A model generated the notes under the pieces. The model ran no database searches. It had not been told where the DNA came from and saw only the letters and a program-made list of their open reading frames with translations. From an uncultured virus (IMG/VR IMGVR_UViG_3300027770_000054) (Duplodnaviria > Heunggongvirae > Uroviricota > Caudoviricetes): DNA of 64,000 nucleotides. Position 1 is the first letter of the stretch. The number at the start of each line of letters is the position of its first letter. The stretch lies in the IMG/VR virus record IMGVR_UViG_3300027770_000054, one strand, 5' to 3'. Below, piece after piece: positions 20,930-30,201 of the stretch. Position numbers and translations under genes: made by a program.

Positions 20930-22141
20930 ATGCCAAGACCAAATATAAGTTTTAGAGTAAATGATGAATCTATGGTGGTTCCGATCACTGAAGGATTTTC
21001 CACAACTATTGGTGCTGTATACAACCCAACACTCAGTATGAAATCGTTAGCAGGAAACACAAATGAAAGAGATCTAGGATACTATTTAGTACCTAATATT
21101 TCTGACTGGTATGGTCGGTTAACTGACTTTATCATCAGAACAGACGGTGGACTTTCAGCATCATCAGGAATCACATTTTATAGTCCTGGATATTGTGCTT
21201 CCACTTATCTAAATGGATTATATGCTGGCACTGGAATTTGTGGAGGATTCTCTGCGGAATGGTGGGCAATAAACAACTTTCTTCAATACGGATCAGCCTG
21301 CTATGTTGGATTCGGAAATGGATTGGCAGGAGTAACAGCATTCTATAATATAGGATTTGATGTTATGTTTCAAGGAGCACCAGGAGGACTTTATCCAACA
21401 GCAGTGACAACTGTAATTGATGTTAAGTCTAGCACAGATCAACCAGCAATTGGTGTTCTTGGCCTAACTTCTTCTGCTAACGCATTTACTACAGCTCCAA
21501 CTAAACCAGCAACAAATAAAGATTACACCATAGTCTATGGTGAAAAATTACATTTAGACACTACAGGGTTGTATACAATTGAAACTTCGCTTGCTCCAGA
21601 TGTTGCTGGGTGTATAGTTCGCACAGATAGAGATTTTTATCCATGGTTCTCACCAGCTGGTGCTAGAAGAGGAAGAATCCTCAATGTTCTTCGTTTAAAG
21701 AGAGCACTTTCTCCAATTGAACAAGATATTCTCTACGATGCTGGAATTAATCCAGTTGTAACTTTTGCGGGAGAAGGAACAATTCTCTTTGGAGATAAGA
21801 CAGGAGAACCTGCAACATCTTCGCTGTCGAGAATAAATGTTTCAAGACTGTACATGTACATCAAAAAGGCACTAGCACCAGTTGCTCGCTCTATACTTTT
21901 TGAGCAAAATGATGCTGTAACTCGCTCTGGGTTTAAGATTGCTGCCGAAGGATTCTTAGATAGAATTGTTGGACAACGAGGTATTACAGAGTATAGAGTA
22001 ATTTGTGATCAGTCCAACAACACACCAGCAGTAGTTCAAGCAAATTACTTTGTTGCTGATATTTTAGTTAAACCAATTACTTCTATTAATTATGTCAGAA
22101 TAACCCTAACAAATAAAGATCTGTCAGCAGTATTACCATAA
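20930..22141 (+). CDS. gp18: Tail sheath protein gp18 (short, 403 aa)
   Basis: 'PWFSPAG.RRG.I', 'INPV..F.GEG..LFGDKT', 'SRINV.RL', 'LFEQND', 'VICD..NNT', 'KP..SINY'. Confidence 0.93.
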   Translation: MPRPNISFRVNDESMVVPITEGFSTTIGAVYNPTLSMKSLAGNTNERDLGYYLVPNISDWYGRLTDFIIRTDGGLSASSGITFYSPGYCASTYLNGLYAGTGICGGFSAEWWAINNFLQYGSACYVGFGNGLAGVTAFYNIGFDVMFQGAPGGLYPTAVTTVIDVKSSTDQPAIGVLGLTSSANAFTTAPTKPATNKDYTIVYGEKLHLDTTGLYTIETSLAPDVAGCIVRTDRDFYPWFSPAGARRGRILNVLRLKRALSPIEQDILYDAGINPVVTFAGEGTILFGDKTGEPATSSLSRINVSRLYMYIKKALAPVARSILFEQNDAVTRSGFKIAAEGFLDRIVGQRGITEYRVICDQSNNTPAVVQANYFVADILVKPITSINYVRITLTNKDLSAVLP

Positions 22142-22163
22142 ATAGAAAAAGAGGTAAATTAGA

Positions 22164-22718
22164 ATGGCAAGTTTAAACGAATTCAGAAGTAACTTTTTTG
22201 GTGTAAGACCAAATCGTTTTATGGTCCAAGCGAATTGGCCATCGGGGGTTCCATCACCTCCAAATGTTAATGACCTCTTCATTTATGTTAAAGGTGCGGA
22301 TTTACCAGGTTCTACCATAGGAACCATAAATGTCGCTTGGCAAGGCAGAGTAATTAAGTTCTCAGGTGAACGAAATTATTCCGATTGGGTTATAAATGTT
22401 TACGATTCCAATGTGCCAACAAAGGATCTAAGAACGGGATTTGAGCGTTGGATGGAAGTAATGGATGGTAGAAATACTCACCAAATTAATTATAACTTGG
22501 TAAGTGACTGGATCATTCGTTATAGCGATGTAACAATTGGTGAACAATCTACTCCGTCAAACACTCAAAGTCCAAATAATTTTAATAAAGCAGTTAAATT
22601 GAAGAATTGTTTCCCAACAGATATTGGTCCAATTACATTGAACTATGATGTTGCCGATACATTCAGTGAATTTACAGTACAACTTGCGTATGATTATTGG
22701 GAACCAGTGGATTCGTGA
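22164..22718 (+). CDS. gp19: Tail tube protein gp19
   Basis: 'RPNRF.V', 'LPGSTIG', 'GR.IK..GER.Y.DW', 'CFPTDIG.I.L.YD', 'EFTV...YDYW'. CATAAATA variant at 22137. Confidence 0.95.
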   Translation: MASLNEFRSNFFGVRPNRFMVQANWPSGVPSPPNVNDLFIYVKGADLPGSTIGTINVAWQGRVIKFSGERNYSDWVINVYDSNVPTKDLRTGFERWMEVMDGRNTHQINYNLVSDWIIRYSDVTIGEQSTPSNTQSPNNFNKAVKLKNCFPTDIGPITLNYDVADTFSEFTVQLAYDYWEPVDS

Positions 22719-22735
22719 TTTATAAGGATTAATAA

Positions 22736-24304
22736 ATGGCATTTGATATTTTTGGTTTTTCTTTTGGCAGAAAAGATGAGGGATTATTCCCAGATGGTGG
22801 GTTGACGGGTTCATCTCCGTCAACCCTATCTTTTACTGCACCTGAAAATTATGATGGAACGCAAGTACTTGAAACAGGTGGATTTATGTCCTCTGTTTAT
22901 GACTTTGGCGGTTCTTTCATAGATGAAAATTCTTTGGTACGGCAATACCGTGGTATGTCGCTTTATCCAGAAGTTGATATGGCAATTGAAGATATAGTAA
23001 CTCAAGCAATAACTTATGATAAGCAAAACATATCACTTAGATTAGATTTGAACAATACTGAATTGTCTGATAATATTAAATCCAAGATTAATTTAGAATT
23101 TATCAATATTTTGAAACTGTTAGATTTTAAGAACAGAGGATATGATATTTTTAGAAGATGGTATGTGGATGGACGAGTATATTTTCAAAATATTATTGAT
23201 ATGGAACATCCAGAAAAAGGCATCCTTGAACTTAGAGCAATAGATCCTATAAAGATCAGAAAAATCAGAAAAGTTCAAAAGGAAATAAAAAGAGTAAACA
23301 ATACTACTGTTCCTATTGTTAAGAAAGTGGAAGAATATTTTGTATATACTGATTTTGAAATGAGTTCTGTAGCAACTTCAGCAACATCAAATGTTGGTGT
23401 TAAGATTGAAGTTGATGCAATCACATACGCACATTCAGGATTGGTTGACCAGACCTCTAAGAGAATCGTAGGATTCTTACACAAGGCAATTCGTCCATTG
23501 AACATGCTTCGTCAGACCGAAGATGCGATGGTCGTATATCGCCTCGCTCGCGCTCCAGAGCGTAGAGTGTTTTATATTGATGTAGGAAATCTGCCTAAAC
23601 AAAAGGCAGAAGAATACATTAAGACTCTGATGACTCGCTATCGTAATAAACTTACATACGATTCTGCTACAGGAGACATCAAGGATCAAAAAAACCATAT
23701 GTCAATGTTAGAAGACTATTGGTTGCCTCGTAGAGAAGGTGGTAAGGGAACTGAGATTCAGACTCTTCCAGGTGGACAAAATCTTGGAGCAATGGAAGAT
23801 GTTGAATATCTTCTGCGTAAGGTATACCGAGCACTCAATGTTCCACTGACCCGAATGGAAGTTCAAAGCGGATTCAATCTTGGTCGCAGCAGCGAAATCA
23901 CAAGAGATGAAGTTAAATTCTATAAGTTCATAGAGCGTCTTCAGAATAAATTTAGCAATATGTTCATAGACATTCTCAAGAAGCAATGTATTCTTCGTGG
24001 AATTCTAACTCCAGAAGATTGGAAGAATATATATCAAGATATCAACATAGTTTATAGCAAGGATTCATATTTTACCGAACTCAAGGAAAATGAAATTCTT
24101 AATGAACGAGTTAATATGTTGAATGTCCTTGGAAATTATAATGGCATGTTCTTCTCAACGAATTATATTAGAAGAAACATTCTAAAGCAGACAGATGAAG
24201 AAATAGCAAAAATGGATATAGAAATTGAACAGGATAGACAAAAGCAGTTACAACAACAACTACAAATGCAGCAAATGGGTCTGGACCCACAGCAAGAAAA
24301 ATAA
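22736..24304 (+). CDS. gp20: Portal vertex protein gp20
   Basis: 'RRWYVDGR', 'LHKAI.P.N.LR..ED..V.YR..RAPERRVFYIDVGN.P..KAEEY', 'EDYWLPRREGG.GTEI.TLPGG'. Confidence 0.98.
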   Translation: MAFDIFGFSFGRKDEGLFPDGGLTGSSPSTLSFTAPENYDGTQVLETGGFMSSVYDFGGSFIDENSLVRQYRGMSLYPEVDMAIEDIVTQAITYDKQNISLRLDLNNTELSDNIKSKINLEFINILKLLDFKNRGYDIFRRWYVDGRVYFQNIIDMEHPEKGILELRAIDPIKIRKIRKVQKEIKRVNNTTVPIVKKVEEYFVYTDFEMSSVATSATSNVGVKIEVDAITYAHSGLVDQTSKRIVGFLHKAIRPLNMLRQTEDAMVVYRLARAPERRVFYIDVGNLPKQKAEEYIKTLMTRYRNKLTYDSATGDIKDQKNHMSMLEDYWLPRREGGKGTEIQTLPGGQNLGAMEDVEYLLRKVYRALNVPLTRMEVQSGFNLGRSSEITRDEVKFYKFIERLQNKFSNMFIDILKKQCILRGILTPEDWKNIYQDINIVYSKDSYFTELKENEILNERVNMLNVLGNYNGMFFSTNYIRRNILKQTDEEIAKMDIEIEQDRQKQLQQQLQMQQMGLDPQQEK

Positions 24305-24330
24305 AATAATATATAAATTAGGAGAACCCC

Positions 24331-24855
24331 ATGTCAAATAGCAAACAAATTATAGAATCACTTTTTGCCGACGATCTATACACAGCAAAAAAAGCAATCA
24401 CCGAAGTACTCACTAGTAAAATGGCACAAGCATTAGAAGAAAAATTAATTGATTTTGCGCCAGAAGTTTTCAATGAAAGCTCAAAACCAGATTTCCTTGA
24501 TCTTGATAGAGATGGAAATAAAACAGAACCCATGAGAAAAGCAGCCAGGGATAAAAAGAAAGTGGGTAAAAGAGTCAATATGAAAGAAGATATTGAAGAT
24601 CTTGCTGAAGATTTTGAAAATCAACTTAAGTCATTAGTTGAAGAAATTGAAGAAGAAACTGGTGAACAATTATCTGAAGAAGAAATTATTGATATTGCTA
24701 ATATGCTTATTGATATGATCGCTGAAGATCATGTTGATGGTGACGAAGATCACGACGATGATGAAGACGATGACGACGATGATGATGACGAAGACAATGA
24801 CGAAGACCAACCAACTGCAACCAATTATCGTCTTGGGACTAATTCCGAGTATTGA
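24331..24855 (+). CDS. Prohead core protein, gp67-like, highly acidic
   Basis: Lies between gp20 and gp21; D/E-rich with a poly-Asp tract; 'KPDFLDLDRDGNKTEPM' motif. Confidence 0.65.
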   Translation: MSNSKQIIESLFADDLYTAKKAITEVLTSKMAQALEEKLIDFAPEVFNESSKPDFLDLDRDGNKTEPMRKAARDKKKVGKRVNMKEDIEDLAEDFENQLKSLVEEIEEETGEQLSEEEIIDIANMLIDMIAEDHVDGDEDHDDDEDDDDDDDDEDNDEDQPTATNYRLGTNSEY

Positions 24856-24874
24856 ATAATTCAGAAAGACTTCC

Positions 24875-25519
24875 ATGAAACTAATCACAGAAACCGTAGA
24901 AGATGTAGAATCCATCGTTGAATCCAACGAAGCGGGTGCTAAGACATATAAGATTCGTGGGGTCATGATGGAAAGTGATACCCAAAATAGAAATGGTCGT
25001 ATCTATGAAAATAGAATATTAATCAAAGAAACTAGACGATATGTTATAGAATATGTAAATAAAAATAGAGCAATGGGTGAATTAAATCATCCATCTGGTC
25101 CAACTGTCAATCTTGATCGCGTTTCCCACATGATTGAATCCCTTAAGGAAAATGGAAAACAGATAATCGGGGAAGCAAAGATTATTGATACTCCAATGGG
25201 AAATATTGTTAAGAATCTAATTGATGCTGGTGCTAAACTAGGGGTATCTTCTAGAGGCATGGGAAGTTTGGAAAAACGCAATGGTGTAAATTATGTTAAG
25301 GAAGACTTTACTCTCGCAGCAATAGATATTGTTGCGGATCCATCAGCACCAAATGCGTTTGTAGATGGCATTCTTGAGGGTAAGGAATGGATCTGGAACA
25401 ATGGAATTTTAATTGAATCTGATATTGCCCATTACGAAAAACAATTAAAAAGAACATCAAATCGTAAACTAGAAGAAACTGCTATAAACTTATTTTCTGA
25501 TTTTCTGAGAAGAATATGA
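24875..25519 (+). CDS. gp21: Prohead protease gp21
   Basis: 'MKLITE', 'NRNGRIY', 'GELNHP..PTVNLDRVSH', 'GVSSRG.GS', 'DIVADPSAPNAFV'. Confidence 0.97.
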   Translation: MKLITETVEDVESIVESNEAGAKTYKIRGVMMESDTQNRNGRIYENRILIKETRRYVIEYVNKNRAMGELNHPSGPTVNLDRVSHMIESLKENGKQIIGEAKIIDTPMGNIVKNLIDAGAKLGVSSRGMGSLEKRNGVNYVKEDFTLAAIDIVADPSAPNAFVDGILEGKEWIWNNGILIESDIAHYEKQLKRTSNRKLEETAINLFSDFLRRI

Positions 25520-26439
25520 ATAATAATAAAAAACTATTATCGGAAGAAGCAATATCTGCAATAAGATCTAGAATTCCTACTATGTCAAAGGACATTCATG
25601 AAGGAATAGTCAGTGATATTGCGGGTCTTGCCAGAGTTGCAGGAAGTGCAGTCGCAGCAGGTGCTAGAGTTGGAGCAGATGCGCTTGCTAGAGGTACTGG
25701 AACTGTAGCAGACGCTGCATTGAGAGGCACTAGAACTGTAGCAGACGCTGCATTAAGAGGTACTGCGGTTGGAGCAGCTGCGGTTGGTAGAGGCACTAGA
25801 ACTGTAGCAGACGCTGCATTAAGAGGTACTGCGGTTGGAGCAGCTGCGGTTGGTAGAGGCACTAGAACTGTAGCAGACGCTGCATTAAGAGGCACTAGGG
25901 TTGGAGCAGCTGCGGTTGGTAGAGGCACTAGGGTTGGAGCAAGAGGTGCATGGAGAGGCACTAAGGCTGTAGCTAGAGTTGTTGGCAAAGATATTGCTAA
26001 AGATATAATTTGGGGTGGTATTAAGGCAGGAGCAGCAGAACAGGCTGCTATCGTTGCAGCACACACACATCAAGAATTAAATAGACATCAGCATATTCTT
26101 GAACAAACTTATGCTCAAAGACTGGGAATGAGTCATGCAGCTCTACGAAATATATTGGCAAATGCTCCAGATCAACAACCAATTGCTCCAAATTTATTCA
26201 TTCCTTTGCCGCGCGGAGTAAGTGCCAGAGATTTGAAAACGGATTTTGATCAAAAGCGTAGTTTATGGAATGCCAAAGTAGATTTATCTCATTCAATTGC
26301 TGGTATTCACGCAGCAGATCCAGAGTTACGACGAACAGCAAATTTTGTAAATGCATCGCGACGATCATTAGCACGAACAGCAAATATACAACACCAGGAA
26401 CCTTGGTGGACAAATCCACAGGCATATAACAGAGTATGA
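25516..26439 (+). CDS. Hypothetical Ala/Gly/Arg repeat protein between gp21 and gp22 (candidate internal head protein)
   Basis: ATGA-coupled to gp21. 11/22-aa repeats. N-terminal LxE/IxE motifs (LLSE, IHE). Confidence 0.65.
   Translation: MNNNKKLLSEEAISAIRSRIPTMSKDIHEGIVSDIAGLARVAGSAVAAGARVGADALARGTGTVADAALRGTRTVADAALRGTAVGAAAVGRGTRTVADAALRGTAVGAAAVGRGTRTVADAALRGTRVGAAAVGRGTRVGARGAWRGTKAVARVVGKDIAKDIIWGGIKAGAAEQAAIVAAHTHQELNRHQHILEQTYAQRLGMSHAALRNILANAPDQQPIAPNLFIPLPRGVSARDLKTDFDQKRSLWNAKVDLSHSIAGIHAADPELRRTANFVNASRRSLARTANIQHQEPWWTNPQAYNRV
25690..25940 (+). repeat. 66-bp tandem repeat (about 3 copies, 33-bp sub-periodicity)
   Basis: Unit agaggcactagaactgtagcagacgctgcattaagaggtactgcggttggagcagctgcggttggt at 25723 and 25789, near-identical at 25855, with partial flanking units. 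Confidence 0.92.
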
Positions 26440-26539
26440 TAAAACAAAAAATACTTAAAAACAGAAATCTTCTAAATAGACAAATAGACAGTGTAAATAT
26501 TAATTCATCTAAATACTTTTAAACAATATGGAGAACCAC

Positions 26540-27553
26540 ATGGCAGATAATAACCCATACGCAGAATACTCATCAACAAAACTTTATATGGACGCTACTG
26601 GAAAGGGAGCAAAGATAGCAGAACCTATTGCTAATCCAGCAAACTCAGCAGTCGCAAGACACACAGGAGCCCCTATGACTGGAGCAGCAAATCAATTACA
26701 AGACGATTATCTTGAAAGTTTGTTCAATGGTGAAAACTTAAGTGAAGAATTCAAACTTAAGGCAGAAACCATTTTTCAAGCAGCAATCAATGAAAAAGTT
26801 GCTATAATTGAAAATAACATCCTTGACGCAGCAAAAGAAATAATTCAAGAAAACGCACAGAATCAACAAAACTCACTCGTTGAGCATGTTGACGGTTATC
26901 TTAATTATGTAATTTCTGAGTGGATGGAAGAAAACAAAATAGCAATTGAACGCGGTCTTCGCACTGAAATTGCTGAAAACTTCATTCATGGACTTAAGTC
27001 ATTGTTTGAAACTTCATTCATTGATGTTCCAGCAGAGAAGTATAATATTCTTGATGATCTCTATGAAGCAAATGAAGAACTTCAGAAGAATGCTAACAAT
27101 TTGATAAAAGAAAATATTCAACTCAAAAATGAGATCACTGCTCGTCTTTGTGCTGAAGCATTTATGGAAGAAGCAGCAGGACTTGCTGACACTCAAATTG
27201 AAAAACTTGCTAAACTTTCAGAAGGAATTGAATTTACAAATGTAAATCATTACCGTGAAAAAGTTTCATTGTTGAAAGAATCGTATTTTGGTCAAAGAAT
27301 GTCTTCAACACCAGAAACCACCTACTATACACCACAATCAGCAGGACAAATGTTGACTGAAGATTCATCCTATGTTTCTGCGGAAACATCAGATTCAGCA
27401 ATGAATAATATCGTTAACGCCATCACAGCAATTAACAAGAATAGACCAGCAAGACCCGCACTTAAGTCATTAAGTGATTCACTAGTAAATACTCGTATCC
27501 AATCAATCATGAACCCAAATATGGGTCTGTCCCCCAAGGACAATTTGTTCTAA
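26540..27553 (+). CDS. gp22: Prohead core scaffold protein gp22
   Basis: 'LSEEFK.KAETIF.AA', 'VDGYL.YV..EW..EN..AIE.GL..E..E.F..GL..LF'. The GGAG at 26530 favours the ATG at 26540 (alternative 26528). Confidence 0.95.
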   Translation: MADNNPYAEYSSTKLYMDATGKGAKIAEPIANPANSAVARHTGAPMTGAANQLQDDYLESLFNGENLSEEFKLKAETIFQAAINEKVAIIENNILDAAKEIIQENAQNQQNSLVEHVDGYLNYVISEWMEENKIAIERGLRTEIAENFIHGLKSLFETSFIDVPAEKYNILDDLYEANEELQKNANNLIKENIQLKNEITARLCAEAFMEEAAGLADTQIEKLAKLSEGIEFTNVNHYREKVSLLKESYFGQRMSSTPETTYYTPQSAGQMLTEDSSYVSAETSDSAMNNIVNAITAINKNRPARPALKSLSDSLVNTRIQSIMNPNMGLSPKDNLF

Positions 27554-27599
27554 AATTTTTAAAAAACTAAATACTAAAAAGGAAATAGGAGAGAAAAAC

Positions 27600-29087
27600 A
27601 TGTCAAATGAATTCAATCAAAGTACCGCAGCAGATCTTCTTGTTGAAAAATGGGCTCCAGTTTTGGACCACGAATCTTTACCAACAATCGGAGATGCCCA
27701 TAAGCGTAGAGTAACGGCAATTCTTCTTGAAAACCAAATCAAGGCAATGTCTGAAGAAAGAGTAACAGGTAACACTAGTCTCTTTGAAAATACAATGGGA
27801 CCAGTCGGTATGGGTGGTAATTTTACCACAGGTCAAGTTGGCGCAGCAGGTAACTTTGCTGGATACGATCCAGTAATGATTTCACTTGTTCGTCGCGCAA
27901 TGCCGAATGTTGTCGCCTACGATATTGCAGGCGTTCAACCGATGAGTGCTCCAACAGGACTCATCTTTGCAATGCGTGCTCGTTACGGCAATGATTCTGG
28001 TGGTTATACACAAGGAACCGAAGCACTCTTTGACGAACCATGGGCTAAATTCTCTGGTGTATGTGGTGCATCTGGTCCTGGTGGAGCTGGATATGCAAGT
28101 ATTCTCGCTGGGTCATCCGCTGGTGTTCTTAGTGGTGTTCTTGGGACCGCAGGTGCTACATATATCACTCGTGTTGATCCCTTCACAGCATTCCGTGGAA
28201 TGTTGACCTCAACTGCTGAAACTCTCGGTGCGTCTCCATCAACAACGGATTTCCGTGAAATGGCATTCAGCATTGAGCGTGTCGCAGTACAAGCTCGTTC
28301 ACGCGCTCTGAAAGCAGAATATACCACAGAACTTGCACAAGATCTTCGTGCAGTTCACGGTCTTGATGCCGAAGCAGAACTCGCTAATATTCTCTCAGTT
28401 GAAATCATGAATGAAATCAACCGCGAAATTCTCCGAGCAATGTATTTTGTTGCTAAGACAGGTTGCGTAAATGACGATCTTGCTGGTTATGGATCAGTTG
28501 CTACACCAGCTGGCGGCGTATATGATCTTATCCAAGATTCTGACGGTCGTTGGTCAGCAGAACGCTATCGTGGTTTGATGTTCCAAATTGAACGCGAAGC
28601 AAATCAAATTGCTAAGGATACTCGTAGAGGTAAGGGTAACTTCATCGTATGCAGTGCAGATGTTGCATCAGCACTTGCAATGGGTGGATTCCTTAATCTC
28701 TCACCAGCACTCAATGTTGATATGCAAGTAGATGATACTGGTAATGTCTTCGCTGGTGTTCTTAACAATAAGTTTAAGGTATTCATTGATCCATTCGTTG
28801 CCAACAATGTCAACTTTATCACTGTTGGATACAAGGGAACCTCACCATATGACGCAGGATTCTTCTACTGCCCATATGTTCCACTACAAATGGTCCGTGC
28901 TGTTGGCCAAGACACCTTCCAACCGAAGATTGGTTTCAAGACTCGTTACGGTCTTGTCGCCAATCCGTTCGCTCAAGGTCGCGATGCATTTACATCAACA
29001 CAACTTGGCAACGATGGTCTAGTTGCATCTACAAATGCATACTTCCGCCTCTTCGCAGTCAAGAATCTCCACGGCAATACCGCCTGA
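27600..29087 (+). CDS. gp23: Major capsid protein gp23
   Basis: 'LVEKW.PVL', 'DPV.ISLVRRAMPN..AYD..GVQPM..PTGLIFAMR', 'RALKAEY..ELAQDL.AVHGLDAE.EL', 'FQPKIGFKTRYG'. CTAAATA at 27567. Confidence 0.99.
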   Translation: MSNEFNQSTAADLLVEKWAPVLDHESLPTIGDAHKRRVTAILLENQIKAMSEERVTGNTSLFENTMGPVGMGGNFTTGQVGAAGNFAGYDPVMISLVRRAMPNVVAYDIAGVQPMSAPTGLIFAMRARYGNDSGGYTQGTEALFDEPWAKFSGVCGASGPGGAGYASILAGSSAGVLSGVLGTAGATYITRVDPFTAFRGMLTSTAETLGASPSTTDFREMAFSIERVAVQARSRALKAEYTTELAQDLRAVHGLDAEAELANILSVEIMNEINREILRAMYFVAKTGCVNDDLAGYGSVATPAGGVYDLIQDSDGRWSAERYRGLMFQIEREANQIAKDTRRGKGNFIVCSADVASALAMGGFLNLSPALNVDMQVDDTGNVFAGVLNNKFKVFIDPFVANNVNFITVGYKGTSPYDAGFFYCPYVPLQMVRAVGQDTFQPKIGFKTRYGLVANPFAQGRDAFTSTQLGNDGLVASTNAYFRLFAVKNLHGNTA

Positions 29088-29110
29088 TAGAGATCAGTAA
29101 ATAATTAAGA

Positions 29111-29145
29111 AGACCCAGGGATGAAAGTCCCTGGGTTTTTCTTTT
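29111..29145 (+). terminator. Rho-independent terminator after gp23
   Basis: Stem ACCCAGGGA (29113-29121) / TCCCTGGGT (29128-29136), loop TGAAAG, followed by TTTTCTTTT. Confidence 0.92.
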
Positions 29146-29152
29146 ATAAATA
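29145..29152 (+). promoter_or_regulatory. Late promoter TATAAATA upstream of gp3
   Basis: Exact consensus right after the terminator, 5 nt before the ATG (near-leaderless mRNA). Confidence 0.8.
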
Positions 29153-29157
29153 CTAGT

Positions 29158-29748
29158 ATGCCAAACAACAATCAGCAGATAATCCGAGATAATGTTCCAG
29201 CGAGCATTTTAAAAGATTTGCCTGGAGATATGTTATTTGAAAATAACTTTCAACCAACAACAAATAATACTTTAACAAATAATAAGTTTAGATTTGTTAT
29301 GACTCGTTGCCCAACTATGACATATTTTTGCCAAAGAGCAAATGTGCCATCATTGAGTTTTGGAACAAGTATTCAATCAAATCCAACTGGTGTGACAATC
29401 AAAAGACCAGGAACCTCCTATGTCTATGAGGATCTACAAATAGGGTTTTCTGTTGATGAAAATATGAAAAATTGGTTAGAAATTCACAACTGGATAAAGG
29501 ATCTTGGTGTATCGTACAATAGCGCAACTGAAGTTTTAAATGAACATCAAAAGGTAGCAAGCGCATATTTACTTGTATTAAATAGTGCGTATAGACCAAT
29601 GATTTCTTTTACATTTAAAAATGTATATCCAACATTTCTAAGTGGTATTGATTTTGATTCATCATTAGCAGATACCGACACAATCATAGCAACCGCAACA
29701 TTTTCGTACACTCACTATGAAGTGAATGTATTCACAAGCGAACCTTAA
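29158..29748 (+). CDS. gp3: Tail completion/tube terminator gp3
   Basis: 'FRFV..R.P..TYFCQ.AN.P', 'VDENMKNWLEIH.W', 'YPT.LSG..F', 'ATATFSY'. Follows gp23. Confidence 0.88.
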   Translation: MPNNNQQIIRDNVPASILKDLPGDMLFENNFQPTTNNTLTNNKFRFVMTRCPTMTYFCQRANVPSLSFGTSIQSNPTGVTIKRPGTSYVYEDLQIGFSVDENMKNWLEIHNWIKDLGVSYNSATEVLNEHQKVASAYLLVLNSAYRPMISFTFKNVYPTFLSGIDFDSSLADTDTIIATATFSYTHYEVNVFTSEP

Positions 29749-29759
29749 TCCCCTATACT
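29731..29759 (+). promoter_or_regulatory. Putative sigma70-like promoter for uvsY
   Basis: TTCACA (29731-29736), 17 nt, TATACT (29754-29759), 7 nt before the ATG. Confidence 0.55.
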
Positions 29760-29766
29760 TTACATT

Positions 29767-30201
29767 ATGAACATTGACCAAATAAAAGCACAAGCGGAAC
29801 TTGATACTGTAATTGATGTCAACCACCTAGACGAAGAGTCTACGAAGGTTCCTCAGATTCACAATAAATATCTTTGTATTCTTATGGATGAGAAACTCGT
29901 TCTTGAAAACTTTGAATCTAAACTCAAAGTACTCAAGCGTGATAAATGGTTATATTACTCTGGCAAATTGTCAGAAGAAGAACTAAAGAAGAAAGGTTGG
30001 GAACCATTTGGTCTTAACATTCTTAAGCAAGATCTTGATCGGTTCATTGACAGCGATTCTGAAGTCATTAACCTTTCAAATAAAGTATTTCTTCAAAAAG
30101 AAAAAGTAATATACATTGAAAGTGTCATCAAGATCATTTCAAACAAAATGTGGAATATTCGTTCAGCCATTGAATGGATTAAGTTTACCCAAGGCGTATG
30201 A
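29767..30201 (+). CDS. uvsY: Recombination mediator UvsY
   Basis: 'LDEES.K.P..H.KYL', 'KWLYY.GK', 'IRSAIEW.KF..G'. Confidence 0.92.
   Translation: MNIDQIKAQAELDTVIDVNHLDEESTKVPQIHNKYLCILMDEKLVLENFESKLKVLKRDKWLYYSGKLSEEELKKKGWEPFGLNILKQDLDRFIDSDSEVINLSNKVFLQKEKVIYIESVIKIISNKMWNIRSAIEWIKFTQGV

Noticed and set aside
25690..25940. CRISPR-like array
   Set aside because: Tandem in-frame coding repeats without unique spacers, and no cas genes.
25596..26066. 156-aa minus-strand ORF
   Set aside because: Antisense shadow of the repeat gene; the plus-strand ORF is translationally coupled to gp21.
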